A stretch of 64,000 nt of DNA from Prevotella sp. (GCA_023666145.1 JAMPCO010000003.1:3027-67026), one strand, 5' to 3'; numbered from the stretch's first letter, positions 46,383 to 56,377 are shown. The notes: generated from the sequence alone by a model not told the origin. A program made the numbers and translations.

Positions 46383-46411
46383 ATTTTAATGTGATTTAGT
46401 ACGGACGGCAA
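46383..46411 (-). promoter_or_regulatory. sigmaA-type promoter of the U32 gene (very short leader)
   Basis: Minus strand: TTGCCG (46411-46406), 17 nt spacer, TAAAAT (46388-46383), 10 nt, then ATG (46372). Confidence 0.5.
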
Positions 46412-46431
46412 ATGGTTTATCGGATTGACGG

Positions 46432-46460
46432 TTGCGACTTGAGCCAGAAAATGGTATGCT
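46432..46460 (+). promoter_or_regulatory. sigmaA-type extended -10 promoter of addBA (leaderless-type)
   Basis: TTGCGA (46432-46437), 17 nt spacer, TGgTATGCT (46452-46460), 4 nt, then ATG (46465). The track's TTG start at 46432 is the -35 element itself. Confidence 0.5.
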
Positions 46461-46464
46461 GACC

Positions 46465-49005
46465 ATGGTGAAAGTTACCGTCTACCAAGGGAAAAATTTT
46501 GTCTTAACCAATGAACACGTGTTGCGGCAAGCGGCGGCGCAACCCATTTTGCAAACGGTTTTAGTGTTGGTGCCTGACCGTTTCACTTTGCAAGCCGAAC
46601 GCATACTGTTAAAACAACAGCCGCATTTATTGAATACACGGGTGATTACATTTTCCATGTTGTATCGTTTAGTTGCCGCGGAATTAAACCATGGTGAGAC
46701 TCCCGCGGTCTTGGATAAAACCAGTGCGGTGATGCACTTGTGGACGGCCATTCGGCAGGTGCAAGGTGAATTGACTTGGTTCAAAACCAGTGCGGGGCAT
46801 TATGACTTTGCCGAAAAGATGTTCAATACGATTAACCAGATGCGCAGTTCCTGTGTCAATTTTACCACTTTGGAAGCCCAAGCCCCATCCGCCGTGGCAC
46901 GCAAAAAATACCATGACATTAACTTGATTTATCAAGCCTACCGTCAAATCATCGCCAATGTGACCGATACGTCGGGGATGTTAGAATATTTAAGCACGCA
47001 CGTTGCCGCCAGTACCACCGTGCAAAATGCGGCCATCTTTGTCTGCGGTTTTGCCAGTTTGTCGCCCGCGCGTTTGCAGGTTCTTTCCGCGCTGTGTCAT
47101 ACGGCGCAGGCGGTGACGATTGCCGCCAGTGAGGGGGAATTCAGTCAACAGTTATCCCCGTATCCACATTACCAAATTCAAGCCTTGCCTTTTACGCCCC
47201 AACTTACTACTGTCCGTGCAGAAACCGAGCGCGGAGAAGCCACTGTCATTGTGGAACGCATTGTGGCATTGCTGGAGCAAGGGGTGCCTCCCGAAGCGAT
47301 TGTGGTGCTGTTAACCGAGTTTGATACTTTGGCGCCCGTGTGGCAAGTGGTTGCCGATAAATATCAATTACCGATTAACTTGGATGTGGGCACCAAATTA
47401 AGTACGACCGCCGAGGCTAAGTATTTACGCGATTTGTTAGAATTGGCGGCAAACGACGATGCCGAAAATACAGTGGCGGTGTTGTTTAACCAATGCAGTG
47501 CGATTGACGATGAAACGGCGTTTGCGTTGGAAAACCGTATTTTGCAAGCCAATTTGCGGGCGAGTGCGGTACCCGAAATCAAAAAATTAGTGGCGACCAA
47601 GGACACGGTGGCATTATGTACCCAGTTAAAGTCTTTGACCACCAACGAAAAATTGCAAGCGATTTTCGACCAGATTGCTGCTGGTTACGGGACACAACCG
47701 TTCAATTTACGGGAACTGATTGCGCTGTTTTGGACATTGTGCAGTGCGACCAAAATTTCGCAAATTCCGCAATACATTGACCGTGTGCTGATTGCACCCG
47801 TCAACGAATGGGTGCCCAGTCGGGTGCAGTATTTGTTCATTGCGAACTGTACCGCGGAAAATTTTCCCCAAGGACAAGCCGACGATGACATTTTGCAGGA
47901 AGCCGATTTGGTCGGTACACAGATTACGCCGACGCCAGCCTTGCAACGTCTGCGCAATTACCGCCACGCCGAACTGCTGCAAACGGTGGCAACCGCACAA
48001 GTGACTTTGTCGGGGACGCGCGAAGATTTTCAGGTCGTGCCTTATACTCCGTATTATAGTTTCCGTTGGTACGATGACCAAACGCCGTTGACGGTGGGGT
48101 CAGCGTTATTTTTTCCGCAGCAGCATGTTAAGACAACTCTGTTGGAACGTTATTATACTTGTCCACGTTTGAACTTTATCCAAAACGGGTTAGGTCTGGC
48201 GCCGCGCCCGTTATACCGCTTGCAAGCCAACACCGTGGGGTCGGCAATTCACGCGGCGTTGCAAGATTATTTTACCAATCACAACATGGAAAAAGCGGTG
48301 GCGGTGGGGGTGTCCGCATTGGCGTATGATTATCCGCCGTTAACGAAAAATATTGCCAAGGAAATTCGCTTCATTTTACAACAACTGGCCAAAATCTTTG
48401 CCACGGGAAAGTTTCAGTACCAAACCGTCGTCGAAAAGGCGATTAAACGTCCGTTAGCCCATGGTTTAACTTTGGTGGGACGGGTTGACCGCGTTGATGT
48501 GGCAGATTTGGGTGATCACCGCCGTGCTATATGGGTCTTGGATTATAAAACGGGCAATGTCAGCGGCAGTATCCCGAAAAGCATTTATCTGGGCAACAAA
48601 TTGCAGTTACCCGTTTACGCCAGTATCTTATCCGCCGAGATGGGGACCATTGCGGGGGCGGGCTACTTACCGTTAAGTAGTGGTTATGCGACCGACCAAA
48701 AGAAATTTTTGTTAAAAGGGTTTTTAGATCGGGATTACCAAGACTTGTTCCCGTCGGCAATTCTCAGCGAACGTGCCCGTTATTATGTGACGGCCGATGT
48801 GATTCACCACATTTGTCAGCACGCGAACCGTTTGGTCGATGCCGCGGTCGAAAAGTTAATGGCGGGTGATGTTGTTGCTCACGCGGTTGAAAAAGCGGTG
48901 TGCAAATACTGTCCCGTGCGGTTGTTATGTACGCGGGCGGAAACCGACTGCCGCGGCGAGGGGGTTGAAGTTTCTTTCAAAACTTTTGAGGAGGTTCCAT
49001 CATGA
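46465..49005 (+). CDS. addB: Helicase-nuclease AddAB subunit B (RexB-type, no Walker A) with Fe-S cysteines
   Basis: C-terminal RecB-type nuclease (VLDYKTG) and an Fe-S cluster cysteine set (YYTCPRLNF ... CKYCPVRLLC). No P-loop at the N-terminus. ATGA-type overlap with addA. Confidence 0.88.
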   Translation: MVKVTVYQGKNFVLTNEHVLRQAAAQPILQTVLVLVPDRFTLQAERILLKQQPHLLNTRVITFSMLYRLVAAELNHGETPAVLDKTSAVMHLWTAIRQVQGELTWFKTSAGHYDFAEKMFNTINQMRSSCVNFTTLEAQAPSAVARKKYHDINLIYQAYRQIIANVTDTSGMLEYLSTHVAASTTVQNAAIFVCGFASLSPARLQVLSALCHTAQAVTIAASEGEFSQQLSPYPHYQIQALPFTPQLTTVRAETERGEATVIVERIVALLEQGVPPEAIVVLLTEFDTLAPVWQVVADKYQLPINLDVGTKLSTTAEAKYLRDLLELAANDDAENTVAVLFNQCSAIDDETAFALENRILQANLRASAVPEIKKLVATKDTVALCTQLKSLTTNEKLQAIFDQIAAGYGTQPFNLRELIALFWTLCSATKISQIPQYIDRVLIAPVNEWVPSRVQYLFIANCTAENFPQGQADDDILQEADLVGTQITPTPALQRLRNYRHAELLQTVATAQVTLSGTREDFQVVPYTPYYSFRWYDDQTPLTVGSALFFPQQHVKTTLLERYYTCPRLNFIQNGLGLAPRPLYRLQANTVGSAIHAALQDYFTNHNMEKAVAVGVSALAYDYPPLTKNIAKEIRFILQQLAKIFATGKFQYQTVVEKAIKRPLAHGLTLVGRVDRVDVADLGDHRRAIWVLDYKTGNVSGSIPKSIYLGNKLQLPVYASILSAEMGTIAGAGYLPLSSGYATDQKKFLLKGFLDRDYQDLFPSAILSERARYYVTADVIHHICQHANRLVDAAVEKLMAGDVVAHAVEKAVCKYCPVRLLCTRAETDCRGEGVEVSFKTFEEVPS

Positions 49006-51839
49006 GTCGACCAACCAAAGCACAACAAACGGTCATCGATTCGACGGCGAACCAAATTGCCATTTCGGCCAGCGCGGGTAGTGGTAAAACCACCACGATG
49101 ATCAACCGTATCGCCCACATTTTGCAAATGAAAAGTTGTCGGGTGGACGAAATTTTGGTTTTGACCTTTACCGATGCTTCCGCGCAAGACATGCGCCAAA
49201 AATTAAAGAAGCAGTTGGGTGATGTATTATCGCCCGTTGAATTGCAAGCGGCAGCGATTGGCACCTTTCACAGTTTCTGTGCGAACTTAGTCCGGGCGTG
49301 GTTCTCGGTCGCGGAAGTCAGCCCCAGTTTCGCGGTCATGGATGCCATTGAAAGTGCCAAAATAAAAACGAACGTGTTCGAGCAAGTGGTCTTAAACCAT
49401 TATCAGGACGTGGCAACCGCGGTGGATTTATTCGCAGTCAATCGTAACTTAGACGAATTGCGGGATGTGGTCTTCAAAATTCATGCGTTTTTGGCAACCC
49501 GTCGTGACCGTGAGGCTTGGTTAAAGGAGACCGCTTTGGCGGCCTATGAACCCGACGTTGATCGTAACGCGGCGGTGTGTGCTTTGATGGAATTTTACCG
49601 ACAAACCGCGACCAAGTACCGTGCATTGTTCATTGGGTTGGGACACACTTCGCCCCAAATCGACCGGGTGGTGGGGCTGGCCAACCAGATTATCCATGCC
49701 AAAACTTATGCCGACTTTCAAAGATTAGATTTAAGTTTACCGACCTTAAAACGTGAACCAGATTTTGTGCTGTATGAAGATTTTAAGACTTTGCGTGCGG
49801 ATTTCCGTGAAAAAGTTTGTAAGCCGATTACGGAGCAATTCAAATTCCCCGTCAGCCAAATTCAAGTGGACATTGCCGCCGACCGTCACATCGTGGCACA
49901 ATTATTGCAATTAGTGCAAATTTTTGATACCGCATACAGCACGAAAAAAGCCGAATACAAAAAATTGGATTTTGACGATTTGGAAAAATACGCCTTAAAA
50001 GTGTTATCCCACCCCGCGGCGGTAGCGGCCATTCGCGCGCAGTACCGCTACATTTTTGTGGACGAAGGGCAGGACACGAACCCCGTGCAATTTGCGATGA
50101 TTGACATCTTGCGTGGTGATGATAAGTTTTTCTGCATTGTGGGGGATACCAAACAAAGCATTTATGGTTTCCGCGACTGTGAACCCGAATTGTTTGACGC
50201 CATGACAACCGCCCGCTTAATTCAATCGTTGCGCCTGAACCAAAATTTCCGCAGTGTGGACCCCATTTTGCATTTTGTGAACCAGGTGATGCAACCATTG
50301 CTGGCTGATTATGCCACTGCACACCAATTTGTGTTGACCAGCCAACCCGATTTAGCCGCACTGCAACAGGTCGTTAAAATTGAAACAGCACAGGATTTGC
50401 CGTCCCAAATGGAACTGGTTTACCAACGGATTGTGCAATCCCAACGTCCCTTTGCTGAGATTGCGGTTTTGTCGGAGACAGGGACACATTTCGAGCGGTT
50501 ACAGAAATATTTGGCGGCACGGAATATTCCCAGTGTGATTGACCGCAAGACGAACGCTTTGGAAGAACCAGAGATTGTTTTGCTAAATCATTGCTTGTTT
50601 GCTGCAATGAATCCTACCAACGAATTGTCGCGTTACATCGTGTTGCAAAATCTATTTGATTGCTCCAATGATGATTTAGCGCGCATCCGTTTGGGCAAAA
50701 TTGACGCAACCTTAGCCCGCAAAGTGGCAAAATGTGATCAAGTTTTGGCGCATTACCGCCAATTAGGACGCACCCAAGCCACTGAAGAAGTTTTGACACA
50801 AGTAGCAACCGAATTCGGGATGTTGGAAATCCCCGTGGTGAACGCGTATTTGGGGTCGATTCGTGGGGTCAATGATTTTGACACGGTGGCACGTTACCTT
50901 TATTTGATTGAACATCAATTAGTGACGATTGAAATCAACGTGGGCGCGCACACGACCAATGCGGTCAAGTTAATGACAATTCATCATGCCAAAGGTTTGG
51001 AATTCCCGTGCGTCATCTTATTTCACATGGGGGCGCTGTGGTCGCAACATCACGACAGCGGTAAAATCGCGTTAGACAAAAATCTCGGGATTTGTGTGGC
51101 TTCGGTGGATACCGAAAATTATGTTCACAAAAGTCCCGTGCTACGGTTAGGAATTTTGAAACACCAGCAAGCCCGTTTGTTGGCGGAAAAGAAACGCTTG
51201 TTGTACGTGGCGTTGACCCGTGCTAAAGAAGAACTGTACATCGTTGGTACTTGGCAACGCAATCCCTACTTAATTCAACCCAATTCGATGTTGGATTTGA
51301 TTAACCCGTTGGGCGTGGTGGCACGTGGCACGGTCGCGCCTTCGGCGGTTATTGACACAACCACCATGGCAACCGTACCGCAGCCGAAGGTTTGTCAGGC
51401 GGTGGGGCATCCCGAGATTTTGGTCAAACAAAGTGTCACGGCGTTGGCAACGGCGGAACCGTTCCAAGATTATGTTGCGCCCGTTAAATACAGCGACGCA
51501 GGCGGCAAAGCCTTTGGTACGGCTTATCACCGCCAAATCCAATACGGAATGTTACCCCCTGCGGTGCAAAACTTGGTTGACGGGTATACGGTTTACCGCG
51601 AATTGCCATTTTTGTACTTACAAGACCAAACCATTGTGCAAGGTATCATGGACTTGTTGGCGGTCAAGGGGACGGAAGCCATCATTGTGGATTATAAAAC
51701 GACGCGCTTGCCACGCGCCAACTTAGTGGCAAAATACCGCGAACAGTTACGTTTGTACGCGCAAGCCATTCCACAATACCAGGTACGCACTTACATTTAT
51801 TCTACTGTACACGCCGCGTTAATTGAGGTATCCTTTTAA
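49002..51839 (+). CDS. addA: Helicase-nuclease AddAB subunit A (UvrD-like helicase plus RecB nuclease), compact at 945 aa
   Basis: Walker A SASAGSGKTTTM, motif II IFVDEGQDTN, and C-terminal nuclease GIMDLLAV...IVDYKTT. Confidence 0.93.
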   Translation: MSRPTKAQQTVIDSTANQIAISASAGSGKTTTMINRIAHILQMKSCRVDEILVLTFTDASAQDMRQKLKKQLGDVLSPVELQAAAIGTFHSFCANLVRAWFSVAEVSPSFAVMDAIESAKIKTNVFEQVVLNHYQDVATAVDLFAVNRNLDELRDVVFKIHAFLATRRDREAWLKETALAAYEPDVDRNAAVCALMEFYRQTATKYRALFIGLGHTSPQIDRVVGLANQIIHAKTYADFQRLDLSLPTLKREPDFVLYEDFKTLRADFREKVCKPITEQFKFPVSQIQVDIAADRHIVAQLLQLVQIFDTAYSTKKAEYKKLDFDDLEKYALKVLSHPAAVAAIRAQYRYIFVDEGQDTNPVQFAMIDILRGDDKFFCIVGDTKQSIYGFRDCEPELFDAMTTARLIQSLRLNQNFRSVDPILHFVNQVMQPLLADYATAHQFVLTSQPDLAALQQVVKIETAQDLPSQMELVYQRIVQSQRPFAEIAVLSETGTHFERLQKYLAARNIPSVIDRKTNALEEPEIVLLNHCLFAAMNPTNELSRYIVLQNLFDCSNDDLARIRLGKIDATLARKVAKCDQVLAHYRQLGRTQATEEVLTQVATEFGMLEIPVVNAYLGSIRGVNDFDTVARYLYLIEHQLVTIEINVGAHTTNAVKLMTIHHAKGLEFPCVILFHMGALWSQHHDSGKIALDKNLGICVASVDTENYVHKSPVLRLGILKHQQARLLAEKKRLLYVALTRAKEELYIVGTWQRNPYLIQPNSMLDLINPLGVVARGTVAPSAVIDTTTMATVPQPKVCQAVGHPEILVKQSVTALATAEPFQDYVAPVKYSDAGGKAFGTAYHRQIQYGMLPPAVQNLVDGYTVYRELPFLYLQDQTIVQGIMDLLAVKGTEAIIVDYKTTRLPRANLVAKYREQLRLYAQAIPQYQVRTYIYSTVHAALIEVSF

Positions 51840-51840
51840 T

Positions 51841-52296
51841 ATGGTTAAACAACGGCGTCGGATTTCCAACAAAGCGATTGTCATCATGAAAATTATTTCG
51901 GCGTTGGGTTTGATGTTTGCGTGTTGTTTGTATGTCTTCATGAATTTTGACACGTTCAAAGATGATTTAGGCTTGAACAGCGCCAAGCCCCTGGGGTCGG
52001 CGGCCAATCCGTGGTATCATGTGGCGTTTCCCGTTTTGTTTATTTTAGGTTTTTGTTTTGTGATTTATTACGTTGGTAATATGATTATCCGCGTCGAAGC
52101 CAAACAAATGTGGAAAGCCGATCGGATGTTTTTGGTTTATCAAATCGTTTTTACGGGCTTGTTGTTGATTACCATTTGGCGTTGGTTTTTGGTCGATTTA
52201 TCCAACGCTTGGTTACCTAGTGTCATGATGATTGTCTCGGGGGCTTTGAATTTATGTACCCCCAAAATTGTTGATAACAACAACCGAGATTTTTAA
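51841..52296 (+). CDS. Hypothetical 4-TM membrane protein
   Basis: The ATG at 51841 gives MVKQRRRISNKAIVIMKIISALGLMFACCLYVF. Four hydrophobic segments. No recognisable family. Confidence 0.6.
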   Translation: MVKQRRRISNKAIVIMKIISALGLMFACCLYVFMNFDTFKDDLGLNSAKPLGSAANPWYHVAFPVLFILGFCFVIYYVGNMIIRVEAKQMWKADRMFLVYQIVFTGLLLITIWRWFLVDLSNAWLPSVMMIVSGALNLCTPKIVDNNNRDF

Positions 52297-52320
52297 TCTT
52301 GTGGGATTGATGACCTTTGG

Positions 52321-52743
52321 TTAGTCATAATCATCTTGGTTTTTCAACAATTCATTCATGGTGGCACTGTCGTTAACGGTGGTATTGCCACGTAAATCGC
52401 GGTAATGGTACAGGTCATGCAAAATGGTTAAATCAGGTTCACCGTTGAAGTAAATAGCGGTGCAATGCGCCAAAGACACTGCGTCCAACATTTCCCGTAC
52501 TTTGGTACCTTGGTAAGTCACGGTTTCGGATTCAAGACTGTCTGAGCCAGCCGATGGTTTGAATTTTTGCGCCGTGATTTGTATTTCGTCGCCTGTACGT
52601 TCGATGGTCATAGCCGTGATGACCGTGGTAGAACGGACTTGTAAATCGTGTCCGATCGTATTGGGCAAAAGGATTAATACTAACGCCAACAATAAAATAA
52701 AAAACTTTTTGCCCCACAAATAATGCAACGTGTGTTTTATCAT
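52321..52743 (-). CDS. Short GerxC-position protein of the germinant-receptor operon (140 aa, N-terminal anchor, no lipobox Cys)
   Basis: Third gene of the gerA-like operon, with a 4-nt overlap with the B gene. N-terminal hydrophobic segment FFILLLALVLILL. Canonical GerAC lipoproteins are about 370 aa. Confidence 0.6.
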   Translation of the reverse strand: MIKHTLHYLWGKKFFILLLALVLILLPNTIGHDLQVRSTTVITAMTIERTGDEIQITAQKFKPSAGSDSLESETVTYQGTKVREMLDAVSLAHCTAIYFNGEPDLTILHDLYHYRDLRGNTTVNDSATMNELLKNQDDYD

Positions 52744-53612
52744 TGGCGGTTTAACCCCCGTTTAATTAAAGTGACGACGGCCACCAATTGGACCCCGAAA
52801 CGCAAGACTAACGCCGCCATCATGGCTATGGCAATCACCCAATCCAAACTGCCCGTATTGGTAATGAATTGGGCAGCGGTGGTCATGTCAATTAACCCCA
52901 TTGTTTGGTGTTGGCTTAAAGTCCCGAACAACAACACAAACAAGACCATGAAAGCCACGTAACCAATTCCGCACAACAGCGCCGTTAAATTCAAACGGCA
53001 TAAATCGCGGTTGGTTTTGCGTGTTTCGGAGCCGAACGCCAACACAAAAGCCGCCGTTTCAAAAAAGCACAAGTGCATGGTGGTGGCGGGCACAATTTGC
53101 CCAGCGTTACCGCGCACTAAGTCGTGCCAATCCACTTGGATATTGTACAGGGTTGGCACAATGGCGAGAATTAAACCAAACGCGAACAAGAGCCAGAGAA
53201 TTTCGCCTGCCCGAAAAACGGCACGTGGTTGACGGGTTAAAAAGAAGCACCCCAACGCCACCATAGTAATCACAAACACGGTGATACCTAAATTCGTAAA
53301 GAAATCGGTGTAGGATAATTGATAAACTTGGAGGGCAGTAATCGCGATTTCCCCGACCACCACGGGGAGCAGTACCCAACAAACAGCGCGGAAAAATTTG
53401 TTTTGGTTGTCGGTAAATTTTAAGATTATGCTGGCGATTGCCACCAAAACTAATTCAAAAATCACGCCAAGCAGCGCGGAAACCCACGCCCAATTGCCTG
53501 TGGCACTGGCCAGTCCTGATGGTAAAGTCAGGAGTTTGATACTGGTGCTGTACAAAAAGTAGCCAAAACACAATTGACGGAGACTGATGGCTTGGTGGTG
53601 TCGGTTATTCAT
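52740..53612 (-). CDS. Spore germination protein, GerAB-type (APC-superfamily membrane subunit)
   Basis: The ATG at 53612 gives MNNRHHQAISLRQLCFGYFLYSTSIKLLTLP, typical of GerAB N-termini. The protein is polytopic. It overlaps the A-subunit stop by 8 nt. Confidence 0.82.
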   Translation of the reverse strand: MNNRHHQAISLRQLCFGYFLYSTSIKLLTLPSGLASATGNWAWVSALLGVIFELVLVAIASIILKFTDNQNKFFRAVCWVLLPVVVGEIAITALQVYQLSYTDFFTNLGITVFVITMVALGCFFLTRQPRAVFRAGEILWLLFAFGLILAIVPTLYNIQVDWHDLVRGNAGQIVPATTMHLCFFETAAFVLAFGSETRKTNRDLCRLNLTALLCGIGYVAFMVLFVLLFGTLSQHQTMGLIDMTTAAQFITNTGSLDWVIAIAMMAALVLRFGVQLVAVVTLIKRGLNRQ

Positions 53613-54741
53613 GGCTATCCTCCATGGGGCGTTGACGAATAGGGTTGCGGTTGGGAATACTGCGCGGGCGTTCAATCATTTCGGGGAAGGGAACTTTTTG
53701 CAACGCATCTTTTTGGTCATCGGGGATGTACGGAGTAAATGGTGCTAAATAGGGTGAACCGTAGTGATCAATGCCTGCGGTGTAAACCAACAAGACGACG
53801 AAAGCCGCTACCAAACCGTACAAGCCTAAGAAACCACCAATTAAACAAAAAATGAAACGCAGGACACTGATTTGGGCCAACATATTCGGCATGATGTAGG
53901 AAGTGATACCCGAAATGGCCACGACCAAAACCGTGGGGGCGGAAAGCAATCCTACCGAAGCCGCCACTTCACCCACCACAAACACCGCAATGATACTGGT
54001 CGCTGAACCGAGATGTTTAGGCATGATTAACGTCGCTTCGTAAATGATTTCGAAAAGCAGAAGGACGATAATCATTTCGATAATCGGTGGAAATAAATCG
54101 TTTTCGGTGGAGTTCGCAATCGTGGCTAAAGTGTTCAACGGGATAATTGACAAATGGTATAAACTGACCGCTAAGAAAAAACCAGGCAGCAAGACCGCAA
54201 TCAACCCACCCAACAGGCGGATGGTGCGTTTCATTGTGACGCCTGCATTACCGCTGTAATAATCATTGCTGTTTTGGATGTTTTCCAAAAACAAATGCGG
54301 AATGGTCAACACGACGGGGCTGCCGTCCACAAAAATGGCCACGCGCCCTTCCAGCAGTCGGGATGCTACGATATCGGGTTTTTCTTCGGAAGCGGCGGCT
54401 TTGTACAAGGCAATGCGGTCAGGATTCAAACATTCACTGATGTAGGAAGAATCGATAATCCCGTCGCAATCAATTTTTTTTAAGCGCGCTAAAACGGATT
54501 GCACCACGGCCGGCGTCGCAATGCTGTCAATGTAAGCCAGTTGCACTTTGGTTTGGGTGTATTTGCCAATCGTTAAAGTTACAAATTGCAAATCCTGGTT
54601 TTTAATGCGTTTGGTGATTAAAGCCACATTGGTATCAATATTTTCCACAAAACCTTCGCGTGGACCCAAGAGCACTTGACCAGTGGGTGGTTCAGTTAAA
54701 CCACGTTGTGGTGGTTGCTGCGGTTGGTTTGGTGCTGCCAT
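53605..54741 (-). CDS. Spore germination protein, GerAA-type subunit (N-terminally short)
   Basis: GPREGFVENIDTNVALITKRIK..., KPDIVASRLLEGRVAIFVDGSPVVLTIP and DYY, followed by 5 TM helices, match the GerA family. I prefer the start at 54741 (MAAPNQ), because the ATG at 54792 would overlap the divergent lysK start. Confidence 0.82.
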   Translation of the reverse strand: MAAPNQPQQPPQRGLTEPPTGQVLLGPREGFVENIDTNVALITKRIKNQDLQFVTLTIGKYTQTKVQLAYIDSIATPAVVQSVLARLKKIDCDGIIDSSYISECLNPDRIALYKAAASEEKPDIVASRLLEGRVAIFVDGSPVVLTIPHLFLENIQNSNDYYSGNAGVTMKRTIRLLGGLIAVLLPGFFLAVSLYHLSIIPLNTLATIANSTENDLFPPIIEMIIVLLLFEIIYEATLIMPKHLGSATSIIAVFVVGEVAASVGLLSAPTVLVVAISGITSYIMPNMLAQISVLRFIFCLIGGFLGLYGLVAAFVVLLVYTAGIDHYGSPYLAPFTPYIPDDQKDALQKVPFPEMIERPRSIPNRNPIRQRPMEDSHE

Positions 54742-54752
54742 ACGGATATTAT

Positions 54753-54781
54753 TTGCATTTTCACAAAAAAAATTATATATT
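54753..54781 (+). promoter_or_regulatory. sigmaA-type promoter of class-I lysyl-tRNA synthetase gene (leaderless-type)
   Basis: TTGCAT (54753-54758), 17 nt spacer, TATATT (54776-54781), 5 nt, then ATG (54787). There is no room for a T-box leader. Confidence 0.6.
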
Positions 54782-54786
54782 GCATC

Positions 54787-56355
54787 ATGCATTGGAGTTA
54801 TGAATTAGCCGCCGCAATATTGCAAAAATATCCTGACCGTGAAGAATACGTGGTTGCCAGTGGTATTTCCCCGTCGGGCAGTGTGCACATCGGTAACTAC
54901 CGTGAATTTGTGACACAGTATTACGTGGCGAAGGCTTTGCAAAGTATGGGCAAAAAAGTGCGTGAAATTTTTTCTTGGGACGAATTTGACCGTTTTCGTA
55001 AAGTACCCAAAAATTTCCCTGTCGCTTACGCGGTGCACGTGGGAAAACCCTATGTCGATATTCCGTCGCCGTTTAGTGCGGGCGAAAGCAGTGCTAAATA
55101 TTTTGAACGGGAATTTGAAGGTGCCTTGCAAAAATTGGGCATGAACGAAATTCCCGTGCAGATGATTTACCAAGCCGACGAATACCGTAGCGGTCGTTAC
55201 GGGGTGGCGATTGCCGAAGCCATAAAAAAACGTCAACAAATTTATGACATTATCATGTCGTTCAAAACTCAGGACGGGGACGAAGGCGACCGCGCAAATT
55301 ATTATCCGATTACGATTTATTGTCCTATTTGTGGCAAAGACGATACCCAGGTTTTAAGTTTTGATGCCAAGACCGATGTGCTGACTTACCAATGTCGTTG
55401 CGGACACCAACACAGCGTGGACGTTAAAACCGCTAATAACATCAAATTGGTTTGGAAAGTGGACTGGCCGATGCGTTGGAAAGCCGAAAACGTCTGCTTT
55501 GAAGCCGCGGGGATTGACCACCACAGTGAGGGGGGCAGTTATGACGTCAGTTCACGCATCGCCCGTGAAATTTGGGGCATTGAACCGCCCGTGTCGACTT
55601 GCTATGCGTGGGTCGGCATTCGCGGTGTCGGTAATATGCACAGTAGTACGGGCATCAACATTACACCGAACCAGTTATTGCAAGTTTATGAACCCGAAAT
55701 TCTGCGTTACTTGTACGCGAAGTATCCTGTGGGTGACGCTTTCGATTTTGGTTACGATGATACGATTATTCGCCACTACATGGAATTTGACCGCAATTTA
55801 GAAAAGTATTTGGCGCACGACCCCAGTTTGCCTGAATACGACAAAGTTGTTTACGATTTGTGTTTATTCCCCAAAAGTCAGGGTAACCGTGTCAGTTTCA
55901 GTACTTTGGCGACCGTGGCACCGTTGACCGGTTTCAACCAAGCCTTAACTCTCAAAATGTTAAAGCAGGCTGGCATTACCGCACTGGGCAATTTTGAATC
56001 CCGTTTCGCAAAAGTCAAATATTGGCTGGAAAATTATCAACCCGACCGTATTTACCATTTGTTACCCACGTTTAACCAAGCGTACTACCATACTTTAGAT
56101 GACACCCAAAAGGCCGTCTTGCAACAGTTAGCGGCATTTTTAACCACACCCCACACGGAAAGCGAAATCCAAACTTACTTGTACCAAATCATCAATGATC
56201 CCAATTTGTCCAAAAAAGAAAACCAACAGCGACAACAAGTTTATTTCAAAATCTTTTACAATATGCTGTTTGGGCGCGATGCTGGCCCGCGTTTGTACTT
56301 ATATTTAGCCGTGGCAAATCCGCAAGATTACTTGAAACTCTTGCAAGAAAAATAA
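54787..56355 (+). CDS. lysK: Lysyl-tRNA synthetase, class I (archaeal-type)
   Basis: ASGISPSGSVHIGNYREF (the HIGH-region variant typical of class I LysRS). Size and overall pattern fit class I LysRS. The KMSKS-equivalent region reads GNMHSSTG. Confidence 0.88.
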   Translation: MHWSYELAAAILQKYPDREEYVVASGISPSGSVHIGNYREFVTQYYVAKALQSMGKKVREIFSWDEFDRFRKVPKNFPVAYAVHVGKPYVDIPSPFSAGESSAKYFEREFEGALQKLGMNEIPVQMIYQADEYRSGRYGVAIAEAIKKRQQIYDIIMSFKTQDGDEGDRANYYPITIYCPICGKDDTQVLSFDAKTDVLTYQCRCGHQHSVDVKTANNIKLVWKVDWPMRWKAENVCFEAAGIDHHSEGGSYDVSSRIAREIWGIEPPVSTCYAWVGIRGVGNMHSSTGINITPNQLLQVYEPEILRYLYAKYPVGDAFDFGYDDTIIRHYMEFDRNLEKYLAHDPSLPEYDKVVYDLCLFPKSQGNRVSFSTLATVAPLTGFNQALTLKMLKQAGITALGNFESRFAKVKYWLENYQPDRIYHLLPTFNQAYYHTLDDTQKAVLQQLAAFLTTPHTESEIQTYLYQIINDPNLSKKENQQRQQVYFKIFYNMLFGRDAGPRLYLYLAVANPQDYLKLLQEK

Positions 56356-56369
56356 TTATTGATTATAAT
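56341..56369 (+). promoter_or_regulatory. sigmaA-type promoter for the 181-aa hypothetical gene (leaderless-type)
   Basis: TTGCAA (56341-56346, inside the lysK 3' end), 17 nt spacer, TATAAT (56364-56369), 8 nt, then ATG (56378). Confidence 0.55.
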
Positions 56370-56377
56370 AAAGTATT

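Noticed and set aside
46432-46464. The TTG at 46432 as the addB start (track ORF MRLEPENGMLTM...).
   Set aside because: That TTG is the -35 hexamer (TTGCGA) of a promoter with a 17-nt spacer and an extended -10. The ATG at 46465 follows the -10.
54742-54786. A possible T-box or other riboswitch leader upstream of the lysyl-tRNA synthetase gene.
   Set aside because: The intergenic space is only 45 nt and is occupied by the promoter, so it is far too short for a T-box of about 200 nt or more.
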